Notes: generated by a model from the sequence alone, not told the origin. Positions 14,201 through 27,340 are shown, numbered from the whole stretch's first letter. The stretch: 63,015 nt of DNA, filler included, from Welwitschia mirabilis (GCA_051453625.1; 6 parts of one record of this genome joined end to end with filler, not necessarily neighbours in it), one strand, 5' to 3'. Made by a program: numbers and translations.

Positions 14201-14740
14201 CCCTTTGAATTTCAAAATTTATGCTTTTATAAGGTCTCATATAGTTTTATCTTTTATCCCTCTCTTCTTCTAAGAGATTTTACTTAAAAATAATTATATA
14301 CTTTTATGTTTTATCAGTTGATGAAATTTTGGTTTGGACCTTATTTATCTGATAGAATGCAATATTCTTAGATCATCAAAACACATCATTTTCCTTTTTC
14401 TTTATTTTCAATAAAACTATTGAGTAGATTTTAGGATTTGAATAAAATTTATTTGTAATATTCTTAAAGTATTTCCTTTTTGATCTTATGTTTTATGATT
14501 TTCACTTTAATTTTATTTTCATCTTTCTATTTTAGTTTTCTATGTGTATCATCCCTTCTATCATCTCCATGATAGTCAAGACGATAGTCTCTATTTTTAT
14601 TTCTTATTTTATGTTTTATATTAGATTTCTACTTTATGTTTCTTACTTACTGTTATTATCATCTTTTCTATTGTTTGGATGACAAGAAGGATGACTATTT
14701 ATTGTTTTGATTTTCTATTATTTTAAGAATATACATTATC

Positions 14741-15400
14741 ATGGCTCTATTAAGACTTATAACTTAACTACTTAAGAATTTTAGAAAGTTAATGGGAAAA
14801 GGTTGGAATTATTTGAGTGAACCATCTAAATTTTATGTTAGATTTTTCTTTTAAAGGCCATTATGACATTTAGTTAATCGTATTTCAAACATAACTTATG
14901 TATTTATTTCCATGACTAGTCTTTGACTTGGGTAATTTACAGTGATAAGATTGGATTCACCCAATATTAAGACATTTACACATCTATGATCTTTAGTTTG
15001 AAGAAAGATTCTTTTTTTATGTTTTTCTTAATGATGAAAATGTCTTAGATTTTTTAAGATTGTTCCTTTCTATTTTCATCTTATGAATTCACCTTTGTCT
15101 CTTGGAATGTTTGGTCATATATAATGTTTTTCTTTGAGAGAAAAAAGGTAGGGGATGAAATAAGACTATGATGTTTTATATTTGAGATATTTCAAAAACA
15201 TGATCATCAAAATGTCCTACTATAAGTACACTAGGACAAATATTTCTGAGAGGAGCCTTTGGCAATGTAATATGGTAACTATGAAAAATCCACTAGGAGA
15301 TCAGTTGGCAATGCTTCGCAAGTCCTTACTTCTCTAACTGTGGTTGCACTCCCATCATCATGGATAATAAAAACATAGAGGCTACAAAATATGTGGTATT
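14741..15400 (+). pseudogene. Remnant of an extra (env-position) ORF of the Athila-like family
   Basis: 15199-15363 aligns without indels to 38571-38735; the shared frame ends LTVVALPSSW. Confidence 0.45.
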
Positions 15401-16328
15401 CCTAGTATTATCAAAGGCATTGCTTATTTCCTAGACTCTTAGTCTTTTTACATGATTATTTCATTTCTTAATGTTTAGATGTTTGTTTTGAGATGTTAGC
15501 AGGTGAGTTTATTTTTGAGTAGCTCTTTAGTCTGATCATTTATTTTTTAAAACATTTTATTTTGTGTCATCATTATAAACATTTCCTTATTGAATGGAAT
15601 TTTTAATACATTAAGTCATGCATTTTAAAAATTAAATAATGTTATAATTTATTTTATGATAATATACTAGGTTAAAATTTTGGATAGGTGGGATATCTTT
15701 TGTTTATGTTATCTTATATCCATTCTTTTTGGTTTCTTTTGTGGCTTTGTTAGTTATTTTAAAGTCATATTTTCTTATCATTTAAATATTTTCTTGCTTA
15801 GTTTTCAATAAAAAGTTAATTTCTTGCTTAAATAAATAATTTTGTAATTTTTATTTTTACTAATTTGGGATTCTCAAATGCTACTCTTAATCATTTTGTG
15901 ATGGACCATTTTTCTTGCTTATTAGAATATTTCATATATCTATAGTTTTTAAATCTTATATTTCTTTACTTATTTTTGCACCTAATTTTAAAAGTTATCC
16001 ACATTCAAAAACATCCATCATCTGTCTTCTCATTTCCATCTACCTTCTTTGTTTTATTATCTAATATAGGATGAATTATTTTTCTCAGGGAAGCATAACC
16101 CATTTTTATGGTTTATTTTTAAATTGTTAAATTATTTTAGAACTTTCATAAGATAAAATTTTAAAAATTTTATTCACATTATGTATTGCATGTTATTTAT
16201 CTATGCCATGTGTTTTATGAGATTGTTTTATAATTGCTAGATTAATTTTTTATAAGATAAATTGGCTCATAATGGTGGTTTTTGAACTAGTTTTTATCAA
16301 GGACTAACAAAGGCTAAGTGAAGGGCTA

Positions 16329-17416
16329 TGTTGCACCACCAATTTATGGTTATTTGATGGGGTTTAATGGGATAATTTATAGGATAATTACACAAGTTTG
16401 GATGTAATTCTGAAGATTTTGGAGAATCAATGGAAGAACTCAGAAATTTACAATTCTTAGCAAGATTTGAGATATTTATTATGTATTCTGATACTCATGA
16501 CTAAGGAAGAAAGTTTCTGATAGCAAATGTTAGGTTCTACTAACTTGGATAATAAAGAAGACTATTATCCCCTCTATTGTCTCCATTACATATAGGATGA
16601 TGACATCATCAGATGCTAACATGGACTGCTAAGTTATCTACTGAGTTTCTTGTTGAGTAATCTTTTATAAGGAGCTACTATTCCCATTATTGTTTGGATG
16701 GTAGAAAGGACAACACTGATAATGTAACTAACTCTAACAACTGACCCCTAACCGTTTCATCCATTTATTACCTATAAAAGAGTGTGTATTATAGTGCCTT
16801 CTATCTGTCATTTTCTAGTCTGTAACCCTATAAATAAGTTCCCTTTCGACTCCCCTTTCTATCTTAATTACATTAGTAATTCTTATGATAGGAGATTGAA
16901 GGGCGAGAAATCCATCTTAAGAGTTACAACAAAATGTTCCCTTGGTGGAGATCTATGCATCCTTCATTCAGGCTTGACTATTTTGTAACCCATATGTTTG
17001 TTTCCTTCTTAATATAAAACTCTATTTTTCTTTGTAAATTTTGATTTATCAAATGTTCCTTATGGTTTATATTGCCCTTGATCTATTGACAATTTCATTG
17101 GTGATATAGATCTTGAGGGTAGCCTTTATTAAGTATAAAAGAAATTAGTTTACATTTATTTTGCATCATATTTAGCTAGTTGCATTTTGCATTTGCATTA
17201 CATATTTTATTTTCTACATTGTTATTTAAGTTTTGGTTACTCCATTCTTTTGGAAAATCAATTCTTATTGTGCTCTCATAAGTCTTCAATGAGATACAAC
17301 ATTTGGGTTCACTTCCAACTATACTAGTGTGTTGTATTATGTAAAGATATCTATTTTATATATAAATGATAGAATCCTTTTAAATATAAACTCTTGTACA
17401 AATACGCATCGCAACA
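16329..17416 (+). repeat. 3' LTR of Athila-like copy B
   Basis: TGTTGC...GCAACA inverted termini, preceded by a PPT. Confidence 0.9.
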
Positions 17417-20255
17417 CTAATCATCATGTTAAATATTTATTTTACTTATAAATAATAATCATGAAAGAGATTCTTGCATAAGTTGCAAGATTCAACTACT
17501 TTAGCATTTTTTAAATAAGTAAAAAGAAGACAAGTTAATCACATGGCAATTCAATATGCATAATCTTTTGGAATTCCAAAATAATCATTAATGCTAACTC
17601 AAATAAACCATTAAGAAGGAAATGCTAAAATTCAAAAGCATATCACTAGCTTGTCATAAACAAGAAGAAGGAAAATTAATAATAGTTACTTTTATTTCAT
17701 CACCTCTACATATTTTATTATTTATAATAACTCTTTTAGTCTAGAAGACATTAATTTAAACTATGTTATTTATTTATTTTTGTTAACATATTTAAAAATT
17801 CCTTAGGTTAATTTTTATAATGTTAAAAAATTGGGACATGAAATTTCGTACCTTTTTAAGAAGTTTTCTTCTAAAAATGTACCAAAATATTTGACTTTCA
17901 TTACTTAATATCAATTTCGATTTTCAAAGTTACTTCTTTTATAAATTGATTTGACCATTAAATTTTATAAAGTTATATAGTCTTTTCCCATAATATCATT
18001 TACTTTTGACTTAAACTTTTAATCTGAGGTTTAATTAAAAAATCTAGAAGAATGTCTACTTATTGATCAAAAATTATCTTTATCTCATTAGCTAAACATT
18101 ACCTCAATAAGGATATGTGAAAAACATTGAAAAGAGTTAATAGATTTAATAGTAAGGTTAACTCATAAGCTATTAGTATAACTCATTTAATAATTTAGTA
18201 AGGCTCTATGAATCTTTGGTCAAATTTCCCTTTTTATCAAACTTGAAAACTCCTTTGAAAATTGATCATTTAAGATAAACATGATCTTCTTCTTCGAATT
18301 GTATATGTATTCTTTGACTATTTACATATTCAGCTTTTTTATCCTTTGCCATCTTTAATTTTTTTCTTCTAAATCTTGAGTAGATGGTACCTTTAATAAT
18401 TTCTTCTTTACTACATCAATCAATGTTACTAGTATTTCATATTTCCTTCCATAAAAATCTTTAAAAGATATGCATGCTACTAATTCTTGGTAGCTATTAT
18501 TATAATTGAATTTCATCAATTCTAAATGATTAATTTAAAATCCTTCAAAATTTAAAATTACTAACATTAATAAGTCTTTTAAAATTTGATTTATTCTTTT
18601 TGTTTTATCATCTATTTAAAGATGAAAAGCTATACTCAAGTTTAATTCTTTATAAAATGATATCCAAAACCTAGATGTTAACTTATTGTCTCTATCTAAA
18701 ATAAGTCTTTTAGATGCTCTATGTAATTTGACTATATTACTTAAATATTCTTTTTTAATCTTTTTAGCAAAATATATTATTTTCACTAGACAAAAATGTG
18801 TGCTTTTGATTAAAAGATTAACCATTACCAAAATAGAATCATAACCTCCTTTATCTTGAGTAGATCTGTAATAAAATCCATATTGACTACTTTTCATTTA
18901 CATTTTAGAATTTCATGGGAATATAAAAGTCTATGTAGATGTTGATGTTGAGATTTTACTAGTTGATAAGTCATACATTTGACTAAAAAAGTAGCAACTT
19001 TAGACTTCATTCTTCACAACCAAAAACATTGTTTGATATCTTTGTACATCTTATTAACTCTATAATGGATAGAATACTGTGTACTATGAAATTCATTAAA
19101 AATAATCTACTTCACCTACTCTTTATTAGGCACTATAATATTATCTTGAAAAGTAAAAAATTAATTAATAGAAACTACAAATCCTTTAATTTCTTATTTT
19201 TTCATCTTTTTTCATAAATAATAGTTCTATTATAAATCAAAAGTTAATTTATAAAAGTCTTTTTGTGCACTTAAGCAATTACCAACATATCTTTCCTTAC
19301 TTAATGCATCAACCACTATATTTTATTTTCCTTCATGGTAATTTATTATTAAGTTGTAATCTTGCATGAATTTCATCCATCTTCTTTGTTTAAGATACAA
19401 CTTGGACTAAGTACATACTTGAGACTTTTATGGCCTATCCAAATTTCAAATTTTTCTTCATATAAGTAATGCTTGTAAATATTAAGTTCATGAATTATAG
19501 CATCGAGTTCTAAATCATGCATGGGATGATTCATTTCATGATTATTTAGTTGTTTAGATGCATAATCAATAATTCTTCTTTCTTGTATTAACATTGCTCC
19601 TAACCCTTCTCCAGAAGCATTAGTATCAATTATATATGTTCTTTTATTCTCTGACATTTTTAAAATAGATGCAAATACAAATGCATTTTTTAATTTTTAA
19701 AGTGTTTTATTAGAATGTGTTTTTTAGTTAAATGAATTATATTTTTACAATAAGGATATAAGAGGAATTTTAACCTTTAAAAAGCTGAGATCAAATATTT
19801 TACAATATCTATTCAATTAATGAAAAATTCTTACTTCAATTACTAATTCTATGTTAGATCAATCTATCACTGCTTATACTTTATTATTATTTACATTATT
19901 TCTTTTTTTGAAATTACATGCCCTAAAAATTTGATCGTAATTAACTAAAATTCACACTTTTTAAGGTTGGCATAAAATTGATTTCTTCTTAAAGTATCAA
20001 ATACAATTCACAGATGTTTTTCATGATTCTTCTTAGTTGATAAATATACCAAAACATCAATGCCATCATGAATCCATTTAGATATGTTTGAAAAATGTTA
20101 TCCATAATTTCTAGTGCATTAGTAAGTCTAAAGGTTACTACTTGAAATTCATAGTGATCATTCCTAGTGTGAGGTGCTATTTTGAAGTATCTTCCTCCTT
20201 GATTCTAACTTGATGATATTCTAATTTGAGATAAATTTTTGAGGAAAACTTAATA
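17417..20255 (-). mobile_element. Tekay/Del-like chromovirus remnant: RT-RNase H-integrase-chromodomain and start of the 3' LTR
   Basis: RT SKIYLKLEYHQVRIKEED (~20190-20245) and LKKCEF..KFLGH. RNase H ORF 19373-19657 (DTNASGEGLGAMLIQ..YASKQL..HE.NHPMHDLEL). Integrase ORF 18616-18897. Chromodomain-like I*WSNQFIKEVT at ~17925-17970. Putative degenerate PPT and LTR start at ~17842. Confidence 0.85.
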
Positions 20256-20261
20256 AACTTT

Positions 20262-22663
20262 ACTAAAGAGTTTGATGAATGCATCTTAAAATCCATTCTA
20301 TTATTTAAGGCTTTTTAATGATATGGTTCTTAACTAATTTTTGGTTTTAACTCTAAGTATAAAGGAAAAAATAATTATATATCACTAATCTTTTTTCCAC
20401 TTTTTTTTGAGGTAAGAACTAGTTATTCAATTTTATTCAAGTGGTGGAAGGGGTCCTTATCATTATTTCAAAAATGTTAATTATGCATTAAGATTGTTTT
20501 AATTCTATATCATTTCCTTTAAGTAAAATAGATTTTATATTTTCCATTTTTTATTTACAATGATTTATTTAAGGTACTTCAATGAGATGTTGAAAGTTAA
20601 ATCCATATTAGAAGAAATGATATTTGAATAGGATAAAGTAGTATTTAAACACATTGAGGGATTTTTAGAAGGATGAACATTATTAATAGTGGTATTTTTT
20701 TGAGTTTTAAAATTGGGAGTATGTGAAAAAAAATTACTAAATGTAGAAAAATTGCATTTCTGAATTCCTAAAATAAGTCTTTCTTCTTCATCATAAGTTC
20801 TTGAATTAAAATCAGCTAGACCTTCTTTAATGGTTTATTTAAATTAAAATCAACTGAACCTTACTTAATAGTTTCTTTAATGAAGTACTTTTATTTATAA
20901 TTTTTTACCATGTCCCTACATGATTAAAGATGTTAAATAAACTTATTTACATATAAGAGGTAATAATATCTTGAATAACACAAAGTACAAGGAGGAGGTT
21001 CTACCAACAATGGATGTGGAAATTACTTAATATTACATAGAGTAAAAAGTATAGGCCAAGTTTGTATAAAATGTGTAATTCCCAACATCACATGAAGTAT
21101 GAGAAACAGATCTTAAAAAGAATGGTAATCTCTTATCAAGAGGGTAGATCTAATGAATAATCTTCAAAATAAAAGTATGCTAATAAAATAAAATTATAAA
21201 ATAAAAGCATCAAGTGAAAATAATCAAAAGAGAAAATTTATTTGAATATCCCAATGTCAATAATCACATGAATATTTATAAATCCAAAGATAATCAAGTG
21301 AGAATAAGTGGATCCAATTTAGGGATTAGTATATAACACTACACAAAAAAATAATCTTGAAATCAAGTTAGTTACTTGTGTAATGAGAATTAATGTTTTA
21401 AATATTAGTCACTTCCCTAGAAATGGTGCCAAGACGTTGAGGCATGAGATGGGTGCTCTAATTCAAATTATTGATTTAATTCGTAACCTATAATATTTAA
21501 TGTATAATGTAATACATACATATACTAAAGTCTAAAAAGTTAATTCAAATGTATAAAATGATTAAAGCAATTAGCAAATATTAGAAAATAATTTTCTTTA
21601 AAGAAGGAAAAAGAATATATGTTTGTGATTTTTATAATTAAGAAAGGAAAGAAATATCATAAAATGAAAATGGAATGCAACAAGATGAAAATAAAATCAA
21701 ATTCCTATTTTAATTAATTAATAAGTTTTTACAACTTTTTATCATCTAAGTTGGTCTTTTTACTCTATATCAAAATTAAAATAAATCTAAGTAAGCATAA
21801 ATTTGAATTTAACATAAAATATAAGGAAAATAAGAGAGAGAAATCATAGAATAAATGTCGTTAATTCGTTAATAAATAATGTTCAATACATCCCCTTATA
21901 GGTAACAACTCCTTAATGAAGAATTATCATCTTAATATCAAGGAATATTTATTTTACAAGTAGGATCTGTCCCTTATTTAAGATGCTTCATATTGTCATA
22001 ATAATATTTAATTAAAGATTAAATGAGAAATGTAATGTCTATGGGAATATTTGTAGTTTTTCTTTGATGCTTTAAGTTAATACAAGGTTAGAACTAAAGG
22101 AATTTAATTAAATAAGTAATTTGATAACAATTTGATTAGTTTTACATTAGCTATAATGGTCATCTTCCTAAACCAGTGACTAGGTGAATGAAGTTTCTGG
22201 CTACTGATAATAGTTCTTCACATGTATGTTTGATTTTTTTTTTTTCCCTTGGCTAAGAATCACTGTGAACCTTTGTCTAGATGAATAGGATGAATGACTA
22301 TTAGAAAATAAGGTTTGGCTTTTATTTGCTTTCTCTAAGAGTCATTTTTTTAATTTTCATCTAAATGACCTTATGGATTAAGCTTTGTCTTATCAAAGTC
22401 ATCACAAGTCATCATCCCTTAATCCAAAATTAATTTCTTAAATTCCAAACCATTAAATCATCCTTTAGACATCTCCACTAGTTAATTTGCCTCTCATGAG
22501 ATGTTGTAATGTCATTGATTAAAGTGTTTTCTATATACTACACTTTGTAAAATTGAATTATCTATTATCTTGTATTTAATAAAAGGAGTTATCAGTGGAT
22601 TAGTCTCTAAAAGCATCTGAAGGAATCATGAAGGATGGAAACTTATGTATTTTGTGATCATCA
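20262..22663 (-). mobile_element. Athila-like copy C: LTR (~21435-22663), PBS, 5' UTR and Gag N-terminal fragment
   Basis: PBS TGGCACCATTTCTAGGGAA at 21413-21431 (-). Probable LTR start TGATGATCACAAAATACATAAG. Gag NNDKDP..HLNKIE*LVLT...DAFIKLF at ~20265-20560, homologous to copies A, B and D. Confidence 0.7.
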
Positions 22664-22744
22664 TGTTAACTACTCATATTCTTCATAATTCCATTATAAA
22701 CTTATCAAATAATATTAAAAACACATTCTAAAACCATCTCAAAT

Positions 22745-23165
22745 AGGGCCAAATTAGCATTGAAACATTTAATAAGTTAACTCTTTATGAACTAGTTTAT
22801 GGAAGACAAGACTTATCCTAGTGAAATTCAAAATACAAAATATGAAATTATATGAAAAAATTAAAAATTAGTTATAAGAAATGAGTTATTTGAATAATAA
22901 GAGAAAAATAGCACTAGAACAGAAGAAATGTTATCAAAAGAAAATAAAAGAATATCATGATGCTAAGATAAAGAAAGAAAAATTTAATTCTAAACAAGAA
23001 ATAATCTTGTTCAATCCAAAATTCACTAAGTCTATTTAAAAGTACACTAAAATTTGACTTAGTTCATTTAAAGTAATAAATATTTATAATAATGAAATAA
23101 TAAAAATAAATACATCAAATTTAATGAAATTTACATTATAAATGGAAATAGAAAAGCATTGAAAA
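22745..23165 (+). pseudogene. Athila/Tat-type integrase C-terminal fragment
   Basis: TLYELVYGR...ALEQKKCYQKKIKEYHDAKIKKEKFNSKQEIILFNPK...FKVINIYNN...INGNR, matching the non-chromovirus integrase tail pattern. Confidence 0.7.
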
Positions 23166-23288
23166 GGTAATTACAATACTTTAAAATTCATGATATTAGT
23201 AAAATTTAATATATCGATGAAAATTATATTTAAATATTGTTAGATTATATTTTCCAATTGATGTCAAACTAATTTCTCTTGTGTAGTG

Positions 23289-23733
23289 TGTTGCGGTGTG
23301 TATTTATGCAATAGTACACGTTCAAATTCAATCCTGTTAATTATCAATAAGATGCAAAATACAACACGCTAGTATAGACGGAGTGATCCGAATNNNNNNN
23401 NNNNNNNNNNNNNNNNNNNNNNNNNNNNNNNNNNNNNTTAATTAATTAANNNNNNNNNNNNNNNNNNNNNNNNNNNNNNNNNNNNNNNNNNNNAAGTCAC
23501 ATTTAACAGGTGACAACTCGGGAATACAATCTGTGAAAGTGTCAGAAGGGAGTGTCGTCCAGGTGATTGTCTGGACGATGAAGGAGACGACAGGAAATTA
23601 CAATAAGTTATCTTAGTTTGCTTACACTTCATCTATTTGTAATCTGCATGTAAACTGATGTCAACTGAATCTGGAGATGTTATCCACTAGTGTCGTCTGG
23701 ACGATGAGATGGATGATGGAATCTGATGGAAAG
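23289..23733 (-). repeat. Younger Athila-family LTR (probably solo) inserted in the SIRE-1 LTR
   Basis: Begins TGTTGCGGTGTGTATTTATGCA, the reverse complement of the family LTR end. 23494-23733 matches the LTR middle. CpGs are retained. The SIRE LTR resumes at 24078. Confidence 0.75.
23438..23449. other. Artificial assembly linker TTAATTAATTAA
   Basis: Flanked by 44 N on each side, has stops in all frames, and recurs five times in the window. Confidence 0.97.
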
Positions 23734-24949
23734 NNNNNNNNNNNNNNNNNNNNNNNNNNNNNNNNNNNNNNNNNNNNNNNNNNNNNNNNNNNNNNNNNNN
23801 NNNNNNNNNNNNNNNNNNNNNNNNNNNNNNNNNNNNNNNNNNNNNNNNNNNNNNNNNNNNNNNNNNNNNNNNNNNNNNNNNNNNNNNNNNNNNNNNNNNN
23901 NNNNNNNNNNNNNNNNNNNNNNNNNNNNNNNNNNNNNNNNNNNNNNNNNNNNNNNNNNNNNNNNNNNNNNNNNNNNNNNNNNNNNNNNNNNNNNNNNNNN
24001 NNNNNNNNNNNNNNNNNNNNNNNNNNNNNNNNNNNNNNNNNNNNNNNNNNNNNNNNNNNNNNNNNNNNNNNNNNNNNTGTATAGGTGAAAGAATTGGACC
24101 AAGATGCACCAAAAAAATTGCTGAGTTATGTTAACCTCTAGCGAGGGTTGACCAGATACTAAAGGGGTCAATTACACTTGAAGTAGTCACAGAGAAATGA
24201 ACTGAACCCAGAGGGATCAACTAGATTCTTATGAGGTCGACCAAACTTATAACCTAAAGAATTAGTGTTCCTGGACCAAATGGCAAGGGGTCGACTATAT
24301 TTTTATGGGGTCAACTGGATTTGAGGACCTGATAGATAGTAGTTTTAGACTGAGAGATAAGGAATCGACTAGACCTAGGATGGAGTTAATTGGACTGGGA
24401 TTGACTAGATTTAAATGGAGTCGACCAGACTTGAAGACATAAAAACCTAAGGCAACTGAAGTCTTCTCTTCACTAACCTGTGTAATTCATGATACCACAT
24501 GGGGTTGACCGGATTTTTGTGGGGTTAACTTGACGACATGGAAAATAAATTTATCTAAATGTTATGTAGTTATTTCATAGCCATTACCTAGTTGTGTTCT
24601 AGCCGTTTATAGCTATTAGAGGTGTAATTCATTTATAATATATCCTAATAGACTTCCATTATAAATAGCTAGGTAATAGATGACCTAGAGATCTTTTGGC
24701 ACTATTATATTTTGGCATAATCATTGTGGATCTAAAAAATCAAGTTGTATTTTTCTTGGCATATCATTATATTGCTTCACATCTAATTGAGGAGATTTGT
24801 ATTTAGTAAAAGAGCTTCACTCAAAATCAGATCTAAGAGCTTTATCACTGTGATCTATTAGAGAAGATCTCCATTTATTGTACTACTACTAAACATGTAA
24901 TGTCTAAACAATTAAGGCATCATCATTTCATCACATCCATTGCTTCTAA

Positions 24950-25110
24950 AGATTGAGGCTTATCCTGCAAAAGTCTGTTGTTAAGGTTGAGAGTTAGTCT
25001 ACAAAAGTCTCTTGTTAAGATTGAGATTTACCCTGTAAAAGTCCATTATTAAGGTTGAGACTTAGCATATAAAAGTTCAATTGTAAGGGTTACATATCAA
25101 CCTGACAAAA
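24950..25110 (+). repeat. ~34-bp tandem repeat (4-5 units) inside the SIRE LTR
   Basis: Units of the form AAAGTC..TTGTTAAGGTTGAGA.TTA..CT..A; also seen reversed at ~53720-53800. Confidence 0.75.
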
Positions 25111-25469
25111 CCTATCGAGTAATAGAGATTTGAGATCAAGCTTGAAAGAAGCTGATCATTGAGATTGAAGTAGGGGAGTTTCTAAACCATTATAAATCCT
25201 GCGTGCATCAAAATTGATAGTTTGTGCTTTTCTGTCTTTTGATTCATTTCTTACAGTTTTTCAATTTTATCTATACATTCTTAATTCCATTATTTTCATA
25301 TACAAACTATGATTAGATAGTGTTAATTTTGTTTTAAGCATAAGTTTTTTAAAAGAACCTATTCAACCCCCAGGGTTCTTGATACTATCATTTGGTATCA
25401 GAATGTAGGTTAGTAATTGAGAGATTTTTATAGATCTAGACTTAAGAGCCCTAAAAATCAGTAACCTGG

Positions 25470-27340
25470 CTGATGGATTTTCAACCAGTCATTAACCCAT
25501 ATTCGATGATTTAAACTATGCTTATTGGAAAGCTAAGATGAGAATATTTCTTAGATCACTAAATGAAGATGTAGAGGAAATCATATAAAAAGATCATAAC
25601 ATGCTTATGATAACCCCAATAAATGCAAATGGTAACACTAACTTAATTCCCAAATTGTGAGATCAATGGACTTCCACAGATCAACTAANNNNNNNNNNTT
25701 TTAGAAGTTGCACATGAAGGAACATCTACTGTTAAATAAGGAAAACTACAAATGCTTATTTCTAAATTTGAGAATATTCATATGGATGATAAAGAAACCT
25801 TGCAAGATTTTTTTACTAGACTTATTAATATAGTAAACTCAATGGCAAGCCTTAAAGAATGCATGAAAGAAGGCAAGGTGGTAAGAAAAGTGTTAAGATC
25901 CCTATCGAAAAGATTTAAACTGAAGATAATAGCCATCGAAGAAAGCAAAAACATTAATATAATGATGTTGGAAGAATTTTAAGGTAATCTTCAAACCTAT
26001 GAACTTAAGTTTACTAAAAATAAAAGAAAAGGTATTGCTTTGAAATGTATGCAGGAAGATTACAGATCTGATAGGTTAGATAAAGAACTCGATGATGATG
26101 AAGTGACTCTTCTAGCTAAGCATTTCAAAAGATTTCTCTATAGGAAAAAGGTAGGAGAACCAAGTAGGAATCCAAGGAGAAGTAACCCAAAACAAAGAAA
26201 GGATAAAGAAAAGAGAAAGGAAATCCAGTGCTATTCATGTAAAGGATTTAGAAATATAGCTAATGAATGTCCCAATACTAGAAGAGAAACAGGAAGCCTA
26301 AAAACACCTCATTCTTGACAACTTGGAATAATGAAGATGATGAAGAGTAAGAAATCTGTTTATACCATGGATCAGACAGAGATAGAAGATTATCTTTCAT
26401 GGTTGTAGTACCATCACTCAAAAATGTACCTAGTACTTTAATACTCAATGATTTGTATATGATCAATAAAGATGAAGATGAGCTAGAAGAGATATGTCAA
26501 GAGTTGTATGAAGAAGTAAGAAGCTTACCAAGAGAATTAATAAGTTAAAAAAAATAATGAAAACTATCAAAAAGGAGAAGGAGGAAATGGAAGAGAAATG
26601 TAATGTGCTTAAATCTGATAACATCATTTTAACTACTTAGGTAAATGATCTTTCATTTTTTGTAATTAAGTTTTCTAGTAGTTCATCTAAGTTAGAATAT
26701 ATGCTTAGAATAGAAAAGATAAATGAAGACAAATCAGGTATTAGTTTTAGAGTACAAATATCATGAAAATAGGTAAATTAAACAAGTAGGTATGTGCCTA
26801 ATCTTTTGTGTAATTTTTGTAGTAGATTTAGTCATTTTAAACCTTTTTGCAAAGGTAAATGATTGATGCTTTTTTCTAAAAATGTGAACTTATTTCTTTT
26901 TAAATTTATTCCTAAGAAAAATGCACCACATAAGTCAAATAAGACTAAGTAAGTTAAATCTAATAATCTTAAAAGCTTTGTGACATAGATAAATTTTAGA
27001 GAATCATAGTTAAATAGTTGGTATCTAGATAACAGTTGTTCAATGAATATAACAAGAGATAGATTAATATTTTAGAACTTGAAAATCATAAACAAAAGAG
27101 AAGTCATTTTTGGAAACAATCAAATAACAAAAGTAGAAGGTACAGGAAGCATCAAAGGAGGTATGTCATCTAACCTTGATAATGTACCTTATGTAAATGG
27201 TTTACAACACAATTTATTAAGTGTTAGTCAACTTTGTAATAAAGAGCATAGAATAATCTTTGATAAATCAAAATTCATAGTCGAGAATGAGAAAATAAAT
27301 GTTGTTATTTTTAGTGCAAAACATATTGATAAAACTCTTT
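25470..27340 (+). pseudogene. Degenerate Gag-protease of SIRE-1
   Basis: ORF-track fragments 25752-25982, 26040-26318 and 27079-27465 (VIFGNN..KVEGTG..VPYVNGLQHNLLSVSQLC). Confidence 0.85.

Larger units (their letters stand above)
9999..17416 (+). mobile_element. Athila-like copy B: two-LTR non-autonomous element (Gag-protease plus extra ORF remnant, no RT/RH/IN)
   Basis: Paired LTRs 9999-~11080 and 16329-17416. PBS TGGTACAGTTGCTAGGAA at 11086-11103. PPT-like GGCTAAGTGAAGGGCTA before 16329. Gag PFDL...NAYPNFSEEDDKNP; protease ALIDIEASINIMP at ~13475-13512. Confidence 0.9.

Noticed and set aside
9994-17421. TSD for Athila copy B
   Set aside because: The flanks TTACT and CTAAT match only 3 of 5 positions; not accepted.
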